A stretch of DNA of 64,000 nucleotides. It comes from an uncultured beta proteobacterium. Its GTDB lineage: Bacteria; Pseudomonadota; Gammaproteobacteria; Burkholderiales; Casimicrobiaceae. Below are positions 33,141-45,101 of this stretch, in pieces. The position numbers were made by a program, and so were the translations under genes. Position 1 is the stretch's first letter. Every line of letters begins with the position of its first letter. The stretch is from positions 288,549-352,548 of the forward strand of contig CAVTHT010000007.1 in NCBI GenBank assembly GCA_963734575.1, given 5' to 3'. A model generated the notes under the pieces. It was not told the origin of the DNA, ran no database searches, and was given only the letters and a program-made list of their open reading frames with translations.

Positions 33141-34050
33141 CACGCTGCGGCCCCCGCGCGGCCGCCGCTGCGCCCGATCCACGCGGCGAGCCCTGCAAGC
33201 GCCAGCGCCGCGATGGTGAGCACGATCGAGAGCACGCTGCCGAACGGCCAGTCGCGCGTCTCGAGGAATTGCTGCTTGATGACGTTGCCGATCAGGCTGT
33301 CGTCGGGTCCGCCGAGGATGTCCGGGATCGCGAAGATGCCGAGCGCCGGGAATGAACACCAGCGCGGCGCCAGCGTACACGCCCGGCAGCGAGAGCGGGA
33401 ACGTGATGCGCCAGAAACGCTGCCAGCCGTTGGCGCCGAGATCCTGCGCCGCATCGAGCAGCGCCTGGTCGTGCTTCTCGAGGTTCGCGTAGAGCGGCAG
33501 CACCATGAACGGCAGGTGCACGTAGACGAGGCAGACCAGCACCGCGAAGGACGAGAAGAGCAGCGACACCGGGCTGGCGCCGACGATCGCCAGCACGCGG
33601 TTCACGGCGCGCGCGAGCGCGCGCCTGCGGACCCAGGATGATCATCCAGGCGTAGATGCGGATCAGGAAGTTGCTCCAGAACGGCAGGATGACGAGCAGC
33701 AGCAGGAGATCGCGGTGCGCGCTTCGGGCTGCGCGCGATCAGCGTGGCCAGCGGGTACGCGAGGGCGAGGCAGGCGAGGGTCGTGATCGCGGCGTACCCG
33801 ACCGACTTCAGGAACACTTCGGCGTAGATCGGGCTCCGGAATGAAGCGCGCGTAGCTCTCGAGGTTCGAGGTCGAGCTTGCCCGGCTTCGTCGACGAGCG
33901 GCGCGAGGCCGCCGAACTCGCCGGGCGAGCGGAACGACGCCAGCACCATGATCAGCGCGGGCAGGGCGAAGAACACGATCAGGTACAGCGAGCGGCGGAC
34001 CGCCCACCAGCCATTTGCCGGTCCGCGCCGCGCGAGTCTGCAGGCTCACC
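33140..34050 (-). CDS. potB: polyamine ABC transporter permease; several frame switches
   Basis: Fragments SPIYAEVFLKSVGYAAITTLACLALAYPLATLIARSPK, IPDILGGPDDSLIGNVIKQQFLETRDWPFGSVLSIVLTI, and DAAQDLGANGWQRFWRITFPLSLPGV across frames. Confidence 0.65.
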
Positions 34051-34062
34051 GCGGAACGACCT

Positions 34063-35150
<1,088 letters not shown>

Positions 35151-35298
35151 CGGCGTATAATCCTGCGGCCCTGGTGAATTGCTGCGCCGCGATTGTAGCG
35201 GAAACGACCATGATCTCCTGGCTGCGCATTGCCTGTCGCTTACAGCGTGCAACGCACGACGCATGGGGAGCCTAGGCCACATGGCCGTGCGCCATGGC

Positions 35299-35317
35299 GT
35301 TGCACCGGCGCTGCAAC
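35299..35317. promoter_or_regulatory. palindrome GTTGCA-N7-TGCAAC in the potA / hypothetical divergent intergenic region; possible operator
   Basis: gttgcaccggcgctgcaac sits ~70 bp upstream of the 35388 ATG and ~150 bp upstream of potA. Confidence 0.3.
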
Positions 35318-35387
35318 TGTGACAAAACCGCCTGAAGCGCATTGCCACCGCGATGCTTCGGCAGCGAACCCGTAGTAGAGTCCCCCC

Positions 35388-36128
35388 ATGCCCAGCGAGC
35401 AGCCATCTTCCCGCTTCCTCGACCAGCTGCGCAAGCAATCGGATGCCCTGCGCAAGAATCAGGAGGAGAGCCGTCCCATCGAGGACACGATGCGGGCCAT
35501 GGACCGCCAGCTGTGGAGCGCGTTCCGCTGGCTGGACGAGGCGCTGCGTCATCTCGAGGTGATCCGGCCGCGCGTGCAGCACGCCTTCCAGCTCTCCGGC
35601 GTGCTGACGATCAACGCACCGCGTTACGAGCGCGGCTTCATCAACTATCGGCGGCGCGCCGTGGGGGGCCTCGATCTTCTCGAGCACGTCGAGCTCTTCT
35701 ACCGGCTGACCACCGACGCGCCGATCGTGCTCAAGGTGCAGCCGGGCTCCGCAGCCGCCATCGACGAGCGCCTGCGCGCGTCGCATCTGCAGTTCCGCTA
35801 CGACACCGAGCTCGACGAGCACCGTGTCGTGCGCCATGGCGTGTTCACGGTCAGCCCGGAGATCACGGCACACGTGCGCTTCGAGCCGGATTACCGCCGG
35901 CAGCGGTGCGAGGTGACGCTGCGCAACATCGATCGCTTCGAGTCGGTCATCCTCGATTTCGCGGGCAACGCGCTGGACGAGTCCGCGCTCGAGGACCTCG
36001 TCCACTTCATCCTGGGCGAGAACAACCAGTTCCTGCGCCGCGCGCCTCTTGCAGGAATGGGCGCCCGCCGCCACGACGCCGCGCTGGCCAAGGCGTCGGG
36101 CAGCTTCCCGTCCCGCACCACGGCCTGA
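35388..36128 (+). CDS. conserved hypothetical protein; family not recognised
   Basis: Intact 246-aa ORF with GC3-rich codon usage. [27 protein letters not shown]... Confidence 0.5.
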   Translation: MPSEQPSSRFLDQLRKQSDALRKNQEESRPIEDTMRAMDRQLWSAFRWLDEALRHLEVIRPRVQHAFQLSGVLTINAPRYERGFINYRRRAVGGLDLLEHVELFYRLTTDAPIVLKVQPGSAAAIDERLRASHLQFRYDTELDEHRVVRHGVFTVSPEITAHVRFEPDYRRQRCEVTLRNIDRFESVILDFAGNALDESALEDLVHFILGENNQFLRRAPLAGMGARRHDAALAKASGSFPSRTTA

Positions 36129-36137
36129 CGCGCCGCG

Positions 36138-37670
36138 CTAGAAAAGCTGCACGGCGAGCAGCACGACGCCGCCGTCAGCAGGAGCGCGATGATCCCGAGC
36201 AGGCGTGTTGCGCTCGCGCTGCGCGCGGCCGATCTCCCGAAAGCGGTTGTCCATGTCCACCGGCACGGTGAGCAGGCGCTGGTGGATGAGGCGCGGCAGC
36301 TCGGGCAGGTGATTGACGAGGTACGGTGCTTCGGCGAGCAGCCGACGCTGGAAGCCCGCGCCAGCCGATCTGGTCGCGCATCCAGCGCTCGAGGAACGGC
36401 TTGGCCGTCACCCAGAGGTCGAGCTCGGGATCGAGATGCCGCCCGAGACCCTCGATGTTGATCAGCGTCTTCTGGAGCAGCACGAGCTGCGGCTGGATCT
36501 CCACGTTGAACCGACGCGACGCCCGGAAGAGCTGCATCAGGAGCTTGCCGAGCGAGATGTACTTGAGCGGCTGGTCGAAGATCGGCTCGCACACCACCCG
36601 GATCTCGGCCTCGAGCTCGTCGACGCGCGTGTCGGGCGGCACCCATCCGGATTCCACGTGCGCCGTGGCGACGCGGTGGTAGTCGCGGCGGAAGAAGGCG
36701 AGGAAGTTCTGCGCGAGATAGCTCTGGTCGCGCGGGGAGAGCGTCCCGACGATGCCGAAGTCGACGCGCCACGTACTTGCCGAAATTGGCCGCGTCCACC
36801 GCCACGAAGATGTTGCCCGGGTGCATGTCGGCGTGGAAGAACGCGTCGCGGAACACCTGGGTGAAGAAGAGCTCGACGCCGGCGCGGGCGAGGCGCTTGA
36901 TGTCGATGCCGGCCTCGCGCAGGCGCTCGATCTGGGCGATCGGGATGCCCGACATGCGCTCCATCACCATCACCTCGGTCGTGCAGAAGTCCCAATAGAC
37001 GTCGGGCACGCGCAGCAGCGGCGAGTTGCGGAAGTTGTAGCGAAGCTGCGAGCAGTTCGCGGCCTCGCGCGACAGGTCGAGCTCGTCGCGCAGCGAGCGT
37101 TCGAACTCGGCGACGACCTCGCGCGGGCGCAGCCGCTTGCCGTCCGACCACAGCTTCTCGACCATCACTGCCGCGGTCGTGCAGCAGCGACAGGTCCTTG
37201 CCGATGACGTGTTCGATCCCGGGACGCAGCACCTTGATCGCCACCGGCGTGCCGTTGGGCAGTTCGGCGAAGTGCACCTGCGCGACGGATGCGCTCGCCA
37301 CCGGCGTGCGCTCGAAATCGCGGAACACGTCGTCCACCGGCCGGCCGTAGTTGCGCTCGAGGATCGCGACCACCTGCTCCGACGGAAACGGCGGCACGCG
37401 ATCCTGCAGCCGCGCGAGCTCGTCGGCGATGTCGGGCGGCATGAGGTCGCGCCGCGTCGAGAGCATCTGTCCGAACTTGACGAAGATGGGACCGAGCGCC
37501 TCGAGCGCGAGGCGCAGGCGCACGGCGCGCGGCGTGGTGAAGTCGCGGCCGAAGCGCAGGAAGCGCGCAGCGGGCCGCACGGCGCGAAAGCGCTCGTGCC
37601 CGAGGAGGAATTCATCGAGGCCGTAGCGCAGCGCGACGAACATGATGCGGGCGAGGCGGGTCGAGCGCAT
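36138..37670 (-). CDS. ubiB: ubiquinone biosynthesis regulatory kinase-like protein UbiB (ABC1/ADCK family); frame switches
   Basis: [83 protein letters not shown]-terminal TM region. Confidence 0.85.
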
Positions 37671-37815
37671 CGGCGGATTGTAAGGGATGCAGGAAGTGCG
37701 GCCCGCGCGCACATCCCTGGCACCGATTGCGTGCCGCGCGGAGACGACCGTTGTGCACGATCCGGCGCAGCGGTCGATGCCTGCTATTGATCGTGTAGTG
37801 GCAGCGATCGAGCGC

Positions 37816-37967
37816 AGGGGCGAATCCCGGCTGGCTCCGGGTCGCCGCAAGCGTGCACTCCTGCGGGTCCCGGCGCAGCGCAGGGTCGTGACCCAACACG
37901 CCCCACGCGCCGCGCCACCCGCGACGGAGCGCGCGGCTCAAAGTCGCTGCGCCGGGATTCGCCCCTG
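37816..37967. repeat. 17-bp perfect inverted repeat (caggggcgaatcccggc / gccgggattcgcccctg) flanking a ~118 bp GC-rich segment
   Basis: Arms at 37816-37832 and 37951-37967, in the non-coding gap between ubiB and the upstream ORFs. Confidence 0.7.
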
Positions 37968-38163
37968 CTCCATTGGCACCTCCGTCGCTGCATCGTCGCC
38001 CGGTTCTGTGGTGCTGAACGCGATCGAGACCCCGGGCGATAGCGGAGCGCCGTCGCCATCCGCGATGGGATCGCTGCGGGGCCGGCGACGTTGGCGCAGT
38101 CGGTGGAGCGCGGGTGGCGAGCGTGCCGTCCGCTCGTGGGTTGAGCGGCGGTCCGCGAGCCGG

Positions 38164-38281
38164 GCACCCGTGCCACCGAGGCGCGTGCGCCACCCGGAGC
38201 CGGGCACCGCAGCGGTCACATTGCGGCAAGAACGTCTTGCGCACCCGCGCCACCGAGGCGGGTGCGCCCACCCGGAGCCGG
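38164..38281. repeat. two copies of a ~40 bp REP-like hairpin element (gcaccc-g[t/c]gccaccgaggcg-[c/g]gtgcgc-cacccggagccgg)
   Basis: Copy 1 at 38164-38203, copy 2 at 38241-38281. Each contains the inverted repeat gcgcaccc/gggtgcgc. Confidence 0.7.
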
Positions 38282-38355
38282 TCAACGCAGCGATCCCATC
38301 GCGACCAAAGCAACGGTCCGCCTGACCGCGCTCATCCGCGCACCTTGCAATAGCC

Positions 38356-38381
38356 AAAAAAAGCCGCGCATGAGGCGCGGC
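38356..38381 (-). terminator. rho-independent terminator for minus-strand transcription ending at 38403
   Basis: The plus strand reads aaaaaaa-gccgcgc-atgag-gcgcggc. On the minus strand this is a 7-bp GC stem with a 5-nt loop followed by TTTTTTT. Confidence 0.7.
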
Positions 38382-38402
38382 TTCGCGAGCTCGGAGGAGG
38401 GC

Positions 38403-38630
38403 TCAGCGCATGAAAACGCAGCACGACGCATCGGACTGGCGCCGCAGCACGAAACGTGGACGCCGCTTGCGGGGCGGCTTCGGCGCCGGTTCGGTGTCGC
38501 TCGGGAGGCTGGCGTCCGCCTCGTCGAGCGCTCCGCCGGTCACGTTCGATGTATCGGTGTCGCTGTTGCTGGAAGTGGAGGGATCGGCTTCGGCGGGGCG
38601 GTTGCCGCGCCGTTCACGTTGAGCCGCCAT
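38403..38630 (-). CDS. small acidic Ser/Thr/Asp-rich protein with a basic C-terminal tail; unknown
   Basis: 75-aa ORF with GC3 ~75%. Its ATG lies 3 nt after the stop of the upstream ORF and it is followed by a strong terminator. MAAQRERRGNRPAEADPSTSSNSDTDTSNVTGGALDEADASLPSDTEPAPKPPRKRRPRFVLRRQ. Confidence 0.35.
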   Translation of the reverse strand: MAAQRERRGNRPAEADPSTSSNSDTDTSNVTGGALDEADASLPSDTEPAPKPPRKRRPRFVLRRQSDASCCVFMR

Positions 38631-38633
38631 GGA

Positions 38634-39080
38634 TCAGGCTGCCGCTTTCGCGATCGCGGCGTGCGATGCGAACAGGCGTGCGAGGAGATCCGCGACGGCG
38701 CGGTCGGCGTCGGCGGGACCGCGCGCGGCGTGCGCCGGGACGACCAGGGTCGTGGCGCCGGCGAGATGCGCCTTGCCATACATGGGGTGCTCCGCATGGG
38801 CGGCCCAGTCGGCGGCGTCCAGGATGAGCAGCGTCAGGCGGGGTTCGATGCCGTAACGGCGTGCGAGCTTGGCGTAGCGGCGCTCCGCGGCATCGGCGCA
38901 GAAGGCGGCGGCGTCGTCCTGGCCTCGGCTCATGGCGACCGCGAAGGAAAACCACGGCAGCGCCTCGAGGGCGCTCCCCGGGCGGTCGGCCGAAGCGTCG
39001 ACCCGGGTGCCGGCCCTGCGGACCGGCATCGGTTGTACTGCGTTCATCGTTCTCTCCAGTGTCCTGCGTGAGGGCCGCAC
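38634..39080 (-). CDS. hypothetical protein inserted between ubiJ and ubiB
   Basis: 148-aa ORF with strong GC3 bias on the minus strand, same orientation as the ubi genes. No recognisable motif. Confidence 0.5.
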   Translation of the reverse strand: MRPSRRTLERTMNAVQPMPVRRAGTRVDASADRPGSALEALPWFSFAVAMSRGQDDAAAFCADAAERRYAKLARRYGIEPRLTLLILDAADWAAHAEHPMYGKAHLAGATTLVVPAHAARGPADADRAVADLLARLFASHAAIAKAAA

Positions 39081-39250
39081 GGCAACGACGCCGGCAGCCG
39101 CGGTATGGACGGCAGTTTGCCGTCGCGCGGCTTGCGGATCGCTTACGGATGCGGTTCGGGGGCGCCTGTCGAGGGGGCAGGCAACCGGCTGGTGGGCGCC
39201 GGAGAGAAGGCGATGGCCGACCCCCGCGAGGAGGTCCGCCGGCGATGGAG

Positions 39251-39838
39251 CTAAGCCGGCCTGGCGTCGAGGCGCGTCGCGAGGGCCTGGAGGCGCTGCT
39301 CGAGGGCGTCAACCCGCTGGGCGAGCACGCTTGCCTGCTCGCCGAAGACGCGGGCTTCCTCGCCGCTCGCGAGGAGGTCCGTCTGCTCGTGGAAATAGGC
39401 CGCGACGCTCTCTGCCAGCCGACCGGCAGCGTGCTCGGGCATGGCCAGGGCCTGCCTGCCGGCACCGGCCAGGCGCTGGCCGACCATCGGGCCGAGCCAG
39501 CGGCTGAAGAACTGCTCGATCCAGAACGGCGTGGTCTGGGCGAGCTCGCGCAGCGTGGCGGCGAGCGCGGGATCGCCTTCCGCGGCCACGACGGCGTCCC
39601 AGCGGGCGGGGTCGGCCAGGAGTCCCGGGACCGACCACGGCTGGATCACCAGGCGCAGGTCCGGCGGGGCGTCCGCCAGGGCATGCGCCGCGAGCAGTCC
39701 GGTGTCGTCGATCCGGAGCGCCACCACCACCGGGCCGGAGACGACCACGAAGGTCCGCCCGGCGTGCGCCGCAAGCCGCTGCCGCGCCCAGCTCTCGCGC
39801 TCCAGCATGCTGTTGGCCAGGCTGGCCGCCGGATCCAC
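39251..39838 (-). CDS. ubiJ: ubiquinone biosynthesis accessory factor UbiJ (SCP2 domain)
   Basis: MDPAASLANSMLERESWARQRLAAHAGRTFVVVSGPVVVALRIDDTG... plus a C-terminal coiled-coil. It sits downstream of ubiE. Confidence 0.7.
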   Translation of the reverse strand: MDPAASLANSMLERESWARQRLAAHAGRTFVVVSGPVVVALRIDDTGLLAAHALADAPPDLRLVIQPWSVPGLLADPARWDAVVAAEGDPALAATLRELAQTTPFWIEQFFSRWLGPMVGQRLAGAGRQALAMPEHAAGRLAESVAAYFHEQTDLLASGEEARVFGEQASVLAQRVDALEQRLQALATRLDARPA

Positions 39839-39845
39839 GGCGGCC

Positions 39846-40770
39846 TTAGTGGGCGAGGGCCGCTTCGTTCTGCTGGATGCCCGCGAGCAGCCAGCCCGAG
39901 GATCCGTCGACCGGCTTCGTCAGGTTCCAGGTCTCGTCGAAGGGCTTGGCGACGTCGCTGCCGTCCTCGCGCAGGAGGCCGGTGAAGCGCACGCTCGCCC
40001 AGTGCTGCGCGCCTTCGGTCACGACCTCGAGCAGCTCGGCGTCGAGTCGAACGACGGCGGTGGGCTCGTGCGCGCTGCGGCCGGCGAGGTCGCGCTGGAT
40101 CTCTTCGAACATCTGCGGGGTCGTGACGGTCGACAGCGTGCGCCGGTCCGCCGCATCCCATGCGGCCTGCAGCGCGTTGAACTGGCGCCGCGCCTCGCGC
40201 AGGAAACCGTCGCGATCGAAGCCCGCCGGAATGCGGCGATCGGTAGCTCGCACCGAGCACCGGCTCGACGCGATCGGGCCCGCCCCACGCGCTGTCGGTG
40301 CGGGAATTGCCCGACAGCATCGGCTCGGCGCGCCGCGCGCCTGCACCAGCGCCGGCATATTGCACCGGACTCGCTGCGCGGCGCATGAACAATGCGCGCA
40401 CGACGAAGATCACGCCCACCGCAAGCAGCCCGAGCAGGAGCAGGCTCGCGAAGCCTTCCGACAGGCCGAAGTGCGAAAGCAGCGCCGCGAGGCCGAGGCC
40501 AGCGGCGATGCCGGCAATCGGGCCCATCCAGCGCGACAGTCCGCTGCGCGCGGGTGCCGCGGCCGGAGCCATCGGCGCCGCGGCCCGCGGCGCGCTGGCC
40601 GAAGGCTGCGCCGGCATCACGGGTTGCGCCGCGGGACCCGACGCCTGCGGGGCCGCGGGCGGTGCGATGCTCTGGCGCTGCGCGCCGAAGCTGCGGCCAC
40701 CGCCGAGCCGGCGGGCATCCACGCTGTCGACCACCGTCGTCAGGGCTACGACTACTGCAAGGGCAGCCAT
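39846..40770 (-). CDS. Tim44-like domain membrane protein; frame switch
   Basis: N-terminal TM plus Pro/Ala-rich region, then in another frame FDRDGFLREARRQFNALQAAWDAADRRTLSTVTTPQMFEEIQ (Tim44 C-terminal domain). Confidence 0.65.
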
Positions 40771-40801
40771 CCATCCTTTGCTTCGCACGCGAACCTCCTG
40801 G

Positions 40802-41536
40802 TCAGAACACGCGGCCGACGTGCAGTGCAACCACACCGGCAGCAAGATTGGACACTTCGACCCTGCCAAACCCTGCTTGTTCCATCATGCCCTTCAGGGT
40901 TTGCTGGTCGGGATGCATGCGGATCGATTCCGCGAGATAGCGATAGCTCGCTGCGTCGCCTGCGACGAGTTGTCCGAGGCGCGGCAGCACGTTGAAGCTG
41001 TACCAGTCGTACGCGGGTCGCAGCGGCCGCCACACGCGGCTGAACTCGAGCACCGCCGCGATGCCGCCCGGCCGCAGCACGCGCGCCATCTCGGCGAGCG
41101 CCTGCTCCTTGTGGGTGACGTTGCGAAGTCCGAACGCGATGCTGACGCAATCGAAGCTGCGATCCGGGAACGGCAGCTTCTCGGCATCGCATTGCGCGGC
41201 GGGCACCGCGAGGCCGCGGTCGAGCAGCTTGTCGCGTCCCGCGGCGAGCATCGCGTGGTTGATGTCGGTGAGGAGGACCGTGCCGGCGGGACCCACGCGC
41301 TCCGCGAAGAGGCGCGCGAGATCGCCGGTGCCGCCGGCGAGGTCGAGCACGCGCATGCCCGGGCGCACGCCGGTCGCCTCGACGGCGAAGCGCTTCCACC
41401 AGCGGTGCAGGCCGGCCGACATGAGATCGTTCATGAGGTCGTACTTGCCCGCGACGGAATCGAATACGCCCTGCACGCGCCGCCGCTTCTCCTCGGTGGG
41501 GACTTCCTCGTAACCGAAATGGGTCGAGTCGCTCAT
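40802..41536 (-). CDS. ubiE: ubiquinone/menaquinone C-methyltransferase
   Basis: [49 protein letters not shown]...[11 protein letters not shown]... Intact. Confidence 0.9.
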   Translation of the reverse strand: MSDSTHFGYEEVPTEEKRRRVQGVFDSVAGKYDLMNDLMSAGLHRWWKRFAVEATGVRPGMRVLDLAGGTGDLARLFAERVGPAGTVLLTDINHAMLAAGRDKLLDRGLAVPAAQCDAEKLPFPDRSFDCVSIAFGLRNVTHKEQALAEMARVLRPGGIAAVLEFSRVWRPLRPAYDWYSFNVLPRLGQLVAGDAASYRYLAESIRMHPDQQTLKGMMEQAGFGRVEVSNLAAGVVALHVGRVF

Positions 41537-41544
41537 GGGTGCAC

Positions 41545-41931
41545 TCAGGGCTCGCGCTTCGCACCGGCGGCGGCGAGGCGCTGCAGGTAACGCTGCCAGA
41601 GCTCGTCCTGGCGCGCGCCGAGGTCGTAGAGGTAATCCCAGGCGTAGATGCCCGAGTTGTGACCGTCGGAGAACGTGGGGCGGATCGCGTAGTGACCGAC
41701 GGGCTCGACTTCGGTGACCGCGACGTCGCGCTTGCCGGTCTGCAGCGTCTCCTGCCCGGGGCCGTGGCCGCGCACTTCCGCCGACGGCGAGTGCACGCGC
41801 AGGAACTCGTACGGCAGGCGGAACGTGCGGCCGTCGTCGAATGCGACCTCGAGCACGCGCGACTGCTGGTGCAGCGTGATGCCGGTGGGGTGCGGGACTT
41901 TCGGTTCGGCAGGCATGGATTCGCTGCGCAC
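41545..41931 (-). CDS. DUF971 (gamma-butyrobetaine hydroxylase N-terminal-like) protein
   Basis: [36 protein letters not shown]...[26 protein letters not shown]. Confidence 0.6.
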   Translation of the reverse strand: MRSESMPAEPKVPHPTGITLHQQSRVLEVAFDDGRTFRLPYEFLRVHSPSAEVRGHGPGQETLQTGKRDVAVTEVEPVGHYAIRPTFSDGHNSGIYAWDYLYDLGARQDELWQRYLQRLAAAGAKREP

Positions 41932-41985
41932 CGGGGTTCGGTGCGGAGCGAAAGGTTAGCACAGCGCCTGCTGCGGCGTGCCGCC

Positions 41986-43149
41986 CTAGATCGTAGGCGG
42001 CGCGGAGGCTTCCGGCATGACTTCGAGGTTGCCGATGCCCGAGAACACGTTGCGGTTCTTCGATTCCTTGCCGTGCAGCTTGATCTCGAGCCGCAGGTCG
42101 TTGAGGGAGTCGGCGTTGCGCAGCGCGTCCTCGTAGCTGATGAGCCCGGCCTCGTAGAGGTCGAACAGCGACTGGTCGAACGTCTGCATGCCGAGCTCGC
42201 GCGACTTCTTCATGATGTCCTTGATGCCGAACACGTCGCCCTTGAACACGAGGTCCGACACGAGCGGCGAGTTCAGCATGATCTCGACCGCGGGCACGCG
42301 GCCGCGACCGTCGCGCCGCGGGATCAGCCGCTGGGCGACGAAGGCGCGGATGTTGAGCGACAGGTCCATGAGCAGCTGCGTGCGGCGCTCCTCCGGGAAG
42401 AAGTTGATGACCCGGTCGAGCGCCTGGTTCGTGCTGTTCGCGTGCAGCGTGGCGAGGCAGAGGTGTCCCGTCTCCGCGAACGAGATCGCGTAGTCCATCG
42501 TCTCGCGGTCGCGGATCTCGCCGATCAGGATCACGTCCGGGGCCTGGCGCAGGGTGTTCTTGAGGGCGATCTGCCAGCCGTCGGTGTCCACGCCCACCTC
42601 GCGCTGCGTGATGATGCAGTTGCGGTGGTCGTGCACGAACTCGATCGGGTCCTCGATCGTGATGATGTGGCCGTAGCTGTTCTGGTTGCGGTAGCCGAGG
42701 AGCGAGGCCATCGACGTCGACTTGCCGCAGCCGGTCGCGCCGATGAACAGCATGATGCCGCGCTTGGACATGATCACGTCGCGCAGCACCGGCGGCAGGC
42801 CGAGCTCCTCGAACTTCGGGATGTCGGTGGTGATCGTGCGCAGCACCATGCCGACGCGGCTCTGCTGCACGAAGGCATTGACCCGGAAGCGGCCCACACC
42901 CGGCGGCGCGATCGCGAAGTTGCACTCCTTGGTCGCCTCGAACTCGGACGCCTGCTTGTCGTTCATCACGCTGCGCACGAGCTCGATCGTGTGCTGCGGC
43001 GTGAGCGCGGTCTTCGACACCGGCGAGATCTTGCCGTCGATCTTGAGCGCGGGCGGGAAGCCCGCGGTGATGAAGAGGTCGGAGCCGTTCTGCTTCACCA
43101 GGAGCTCGAGAAGCTCGTGGACGAACTTGGTGGCGCGTTCGCGTTCCAT
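41986..43149 (-). CDS. pilU: type IV pilus retraction ATPase PilU
   Basis: PilT-family ATPase; GATGCGKST Walker A; intact 387 aa. Second gene of the pilT-pilU pair. Confidence 0.85.
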   Translation of the reverse strand: MERERATKFVHELLELLVKQNGSDLFITAGFPPALKIDGKISPVSKTALTPQHTIELVRSVMNDKQASEFEATKECNFAIAPPGVGRFRVNAFVQQSRVGMVLRTITTDIPKFEELGLPPVLRDVIMSKRGIMLFIGATGCGKSTSMASLLGYRNQNSYGHIITIEDPIEFVHDHRNCIITQREVGVDTDGWQIALKNTLRQAPDVILIGEIRDRETMDYAISFAETGHLCLATLHANSTNQALDRVINFFPEERRTQLLMDLSLNIRAFVAQRLIPRRDGRGRVPAVEIMLNSPLVSDLVFKGDVFGIKDIMKKSRELGMQTFDQSLFDLYEAGLISYEDALRNADSLNDLRLEIKLHGKESKNRNVFSGIGNLEVMPEASAPPTI

Positions 43150-43221
43150 GGGGTTCCGTTGGTAATTCGAGGCGCTGGCTCGCGCCGTTCAACGCGCGAG
43201 GCACCGCCTCGTGTCGGGTAA

Positions 43222-44265
43222 TCAACCCATAAATAAATCTTTGTTCACGGCGCGCGTGCGCGCTTCCGCCATGTTGATCGCGTTGCGCTTCACGAGCTCC
43301 TGCAGGCACTGGTCGAGCGTCTGCATGCCCATCGCCTGATTGGTCTGGATCGAGGAGTACATCTGCGCGACCTTGTTCTCGCGAATCAGGTTACGGATCG
43401 CCGGATTGCCGATCATGATCTCGTGCGCGGCGACGCGCCCCTGACCGTCCTTGGTCTTCAGCAGCGTCTGGGAAACCACGGCGACCAGCGACTCCGACAG
43501 CATCGCGCGGACCATGTCCTTCTCCGCGGCGGGGAAGACGTCGATGATGCGGTCCACCGTCTTGGCGGCCGAGCTCGTGTGCAGGGTGCCGAACACCAGG
43601 TGCCCCGTTTCCGCGGCCGTGAGCGCGAGCCGGATGGTCTCGAGGTCGCGCATTTCGCCGACCAGGATGTAATCGGGATCCTCGCGTAGCGCGCTGCGCA
43701 GCGCGTTGGCGAACGACAGTGTGTGCGGCCCGACCTCGCGCTGGTTGATGAGGCACTTCTTCGATTCGTGCACGAATTCGATCGGATCCTCGATCGTGAG
43801 CACGTGCCCGTACTCGTTCTCGTTGACGTGGTTCACCATCGCGGCGAGGGTGGTCGACTTGCCCGACCCGGTCGGCCCGGTCACGAGGATCAGGCCGCGC
43901 GGGCGCGTGGTCAGCTCGGCGAACACCCGCGGCGCCTTGAGGTCCTCGAGCGAGAGCACCTTCGAGGGAATCGTCCGGAACGCCGCCGCGGCGCCGCGCT
44001 CCTGCCGGAAGGCGTTCACGCGGAAGCGCGCGAGGTTCGGCACCGCAAACGAGAAGTCGCACTCGAGGTTCTCCTCGTAGTGCTTGCGCTGCTGGTCGCT
44101 CATGATGTCGTACACCATGGCGTGGACGTCCTCGTGCTCCATCGGCGGCAGGTTGATCCGGCGGATGTCCCCGTGCACGCGGATCATGGGCGGCAGCCCC
44201 GCGGACAGGTGCAGGTCGGAGGCCTTGTTCTTGACGGAGAAGGCGAGGAGCTCGGTGATGTCCAT
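43222..44265 (-). CDS. pilT: type IV pilus twitching-motility ATPase PilT
   Basis: [33 protein letters not shown]...[14 protein letters not shown]...; intact 347 aa. Confidence 0.9.
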   Translation of the reverse strand: MDITELLAFSVKNKASDLHLSAGLPPMIRVHGDIRRINLPPMEHEDVHAMVYDIMSDQQRKHYEENLECDFSFAVPNLARFRVNAFRQERGAAAAFRTIPSKVLSLEDLKAPRVFAELTTRPRGLILVTGPTGSGKSTTLAAMVNHVNENEYGHVLTIEDPIEFVHESKKCLINQREVGPHTLSFANALRSALREDPDYILVGEMRDLETIRLALTAAETGHLVFGTLHTSSAAKTVDRIIDVFPAAEKDMVRAMLSESLVAVVSQTLLKTKDGQGRVAAHEIMIGNPAIRNLIRENKVAQMYSSIQTNQAMGMQTLDQCLQELVKRNAINMAEARTRAVNKDLFMG

Positions 44266-44358
44266 TTATACTTTCGGCGGTCCGGTCGGACATCGCACAG
44301 AGGCAAGGCACATGCCAGAGGGCCGCCGCTGCGCTGACCATGCCGTTGTCATTGGATT

Positions 44359-45051
44359 ATGAGCCTGCGCGAGAACGGGTGGCAAGGCGTGGTGGCCCGG
44401 GTGGCCCGGGCGGCGGTCGCCGCCGGACGCGATCCTGCAACAGTCGGGATCCTCGCGGTCAGCAAGACCTTCCCGTCGGACGCCATTCGTGCCGTCCACG
44501 CCGCCGGAGCCAGGGCCTTCGGCGAGAACTACGTCCAGGAAGCCCTCGCCAAGATGGACGCGCTGGGCGACCTCGCCGACCTCGCGTGGCACCTCATCGG
44601 TCCCCTGCAGAGCAACAAGACGCGCGTGGTGGCCGAGCGCTTCGCCTGGGTGCATACCGTGGACCGGCTGAAGATCGCCGAGCGCCTCGCCGCGGCGCGG
44701 CCTGCGGGGCGGGCACCGCTGCAGCTCTGCATCCAGGTGAACATCAGCGGCGAAGCGACCAAGAGCGGCATCGACGCGAAGGAAGCGCTGGCGCTGGCAC
44801 GCGACGTCGCCGCGCTGCCGCAGGTGCGCCTGCGCGGCTTCATGGGCATCGCCGAGCCCACACCCGACGACGCGCGACAGCGCGCGCAGTTCCGCACGCT
44901 GCGGCAGTGTCTCGAGCGTGCCCGCGCCGAGGGCCTCGACGTCGACACGCTGTCGATGGGGATGTCGGCCGATCTCGAGGCGGCCATCGCCGAAGGCGCG
45001 ACGCTGGTGCGCGTGGGGAGCGCCATCTTCGGCGAGCGTCCCTCGCCATGA
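44359..45051 (+). CDS. yggS: PLP-homeostasis protein (YggS/alanine-racemase-fold)
   Basis: AVSKTFPSDAIRAVHAAGARAFGENYVQEALAK...WHLIGPLQSNK; intact. Confidence 0.85.
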   Translation: MSLRENGWQGVVARVARAAVAAGRDPATVGILAVSKTFPSDAIRAVHAAGARAFGENYVQEALAKMDALGDLADLAWHLIGPLQSNKTRVVAERFAWVHTVDRLKIAERLAAARPAGRAPLQLCIQVNISGEATKSGIDAKEALALARDVAALPQVRLRGFMGIAEPTPDDARQRAQFRTLRQCLERARAEGLDVDTLSMGMSADLEAAIAEGATLVRVGSAIFGERPSP

Positions 45052-45101
45052 ATCGCCGGCGCGTGCCACACTCGCGCCCACCGAACTGCACGGAACATCC
45101 A

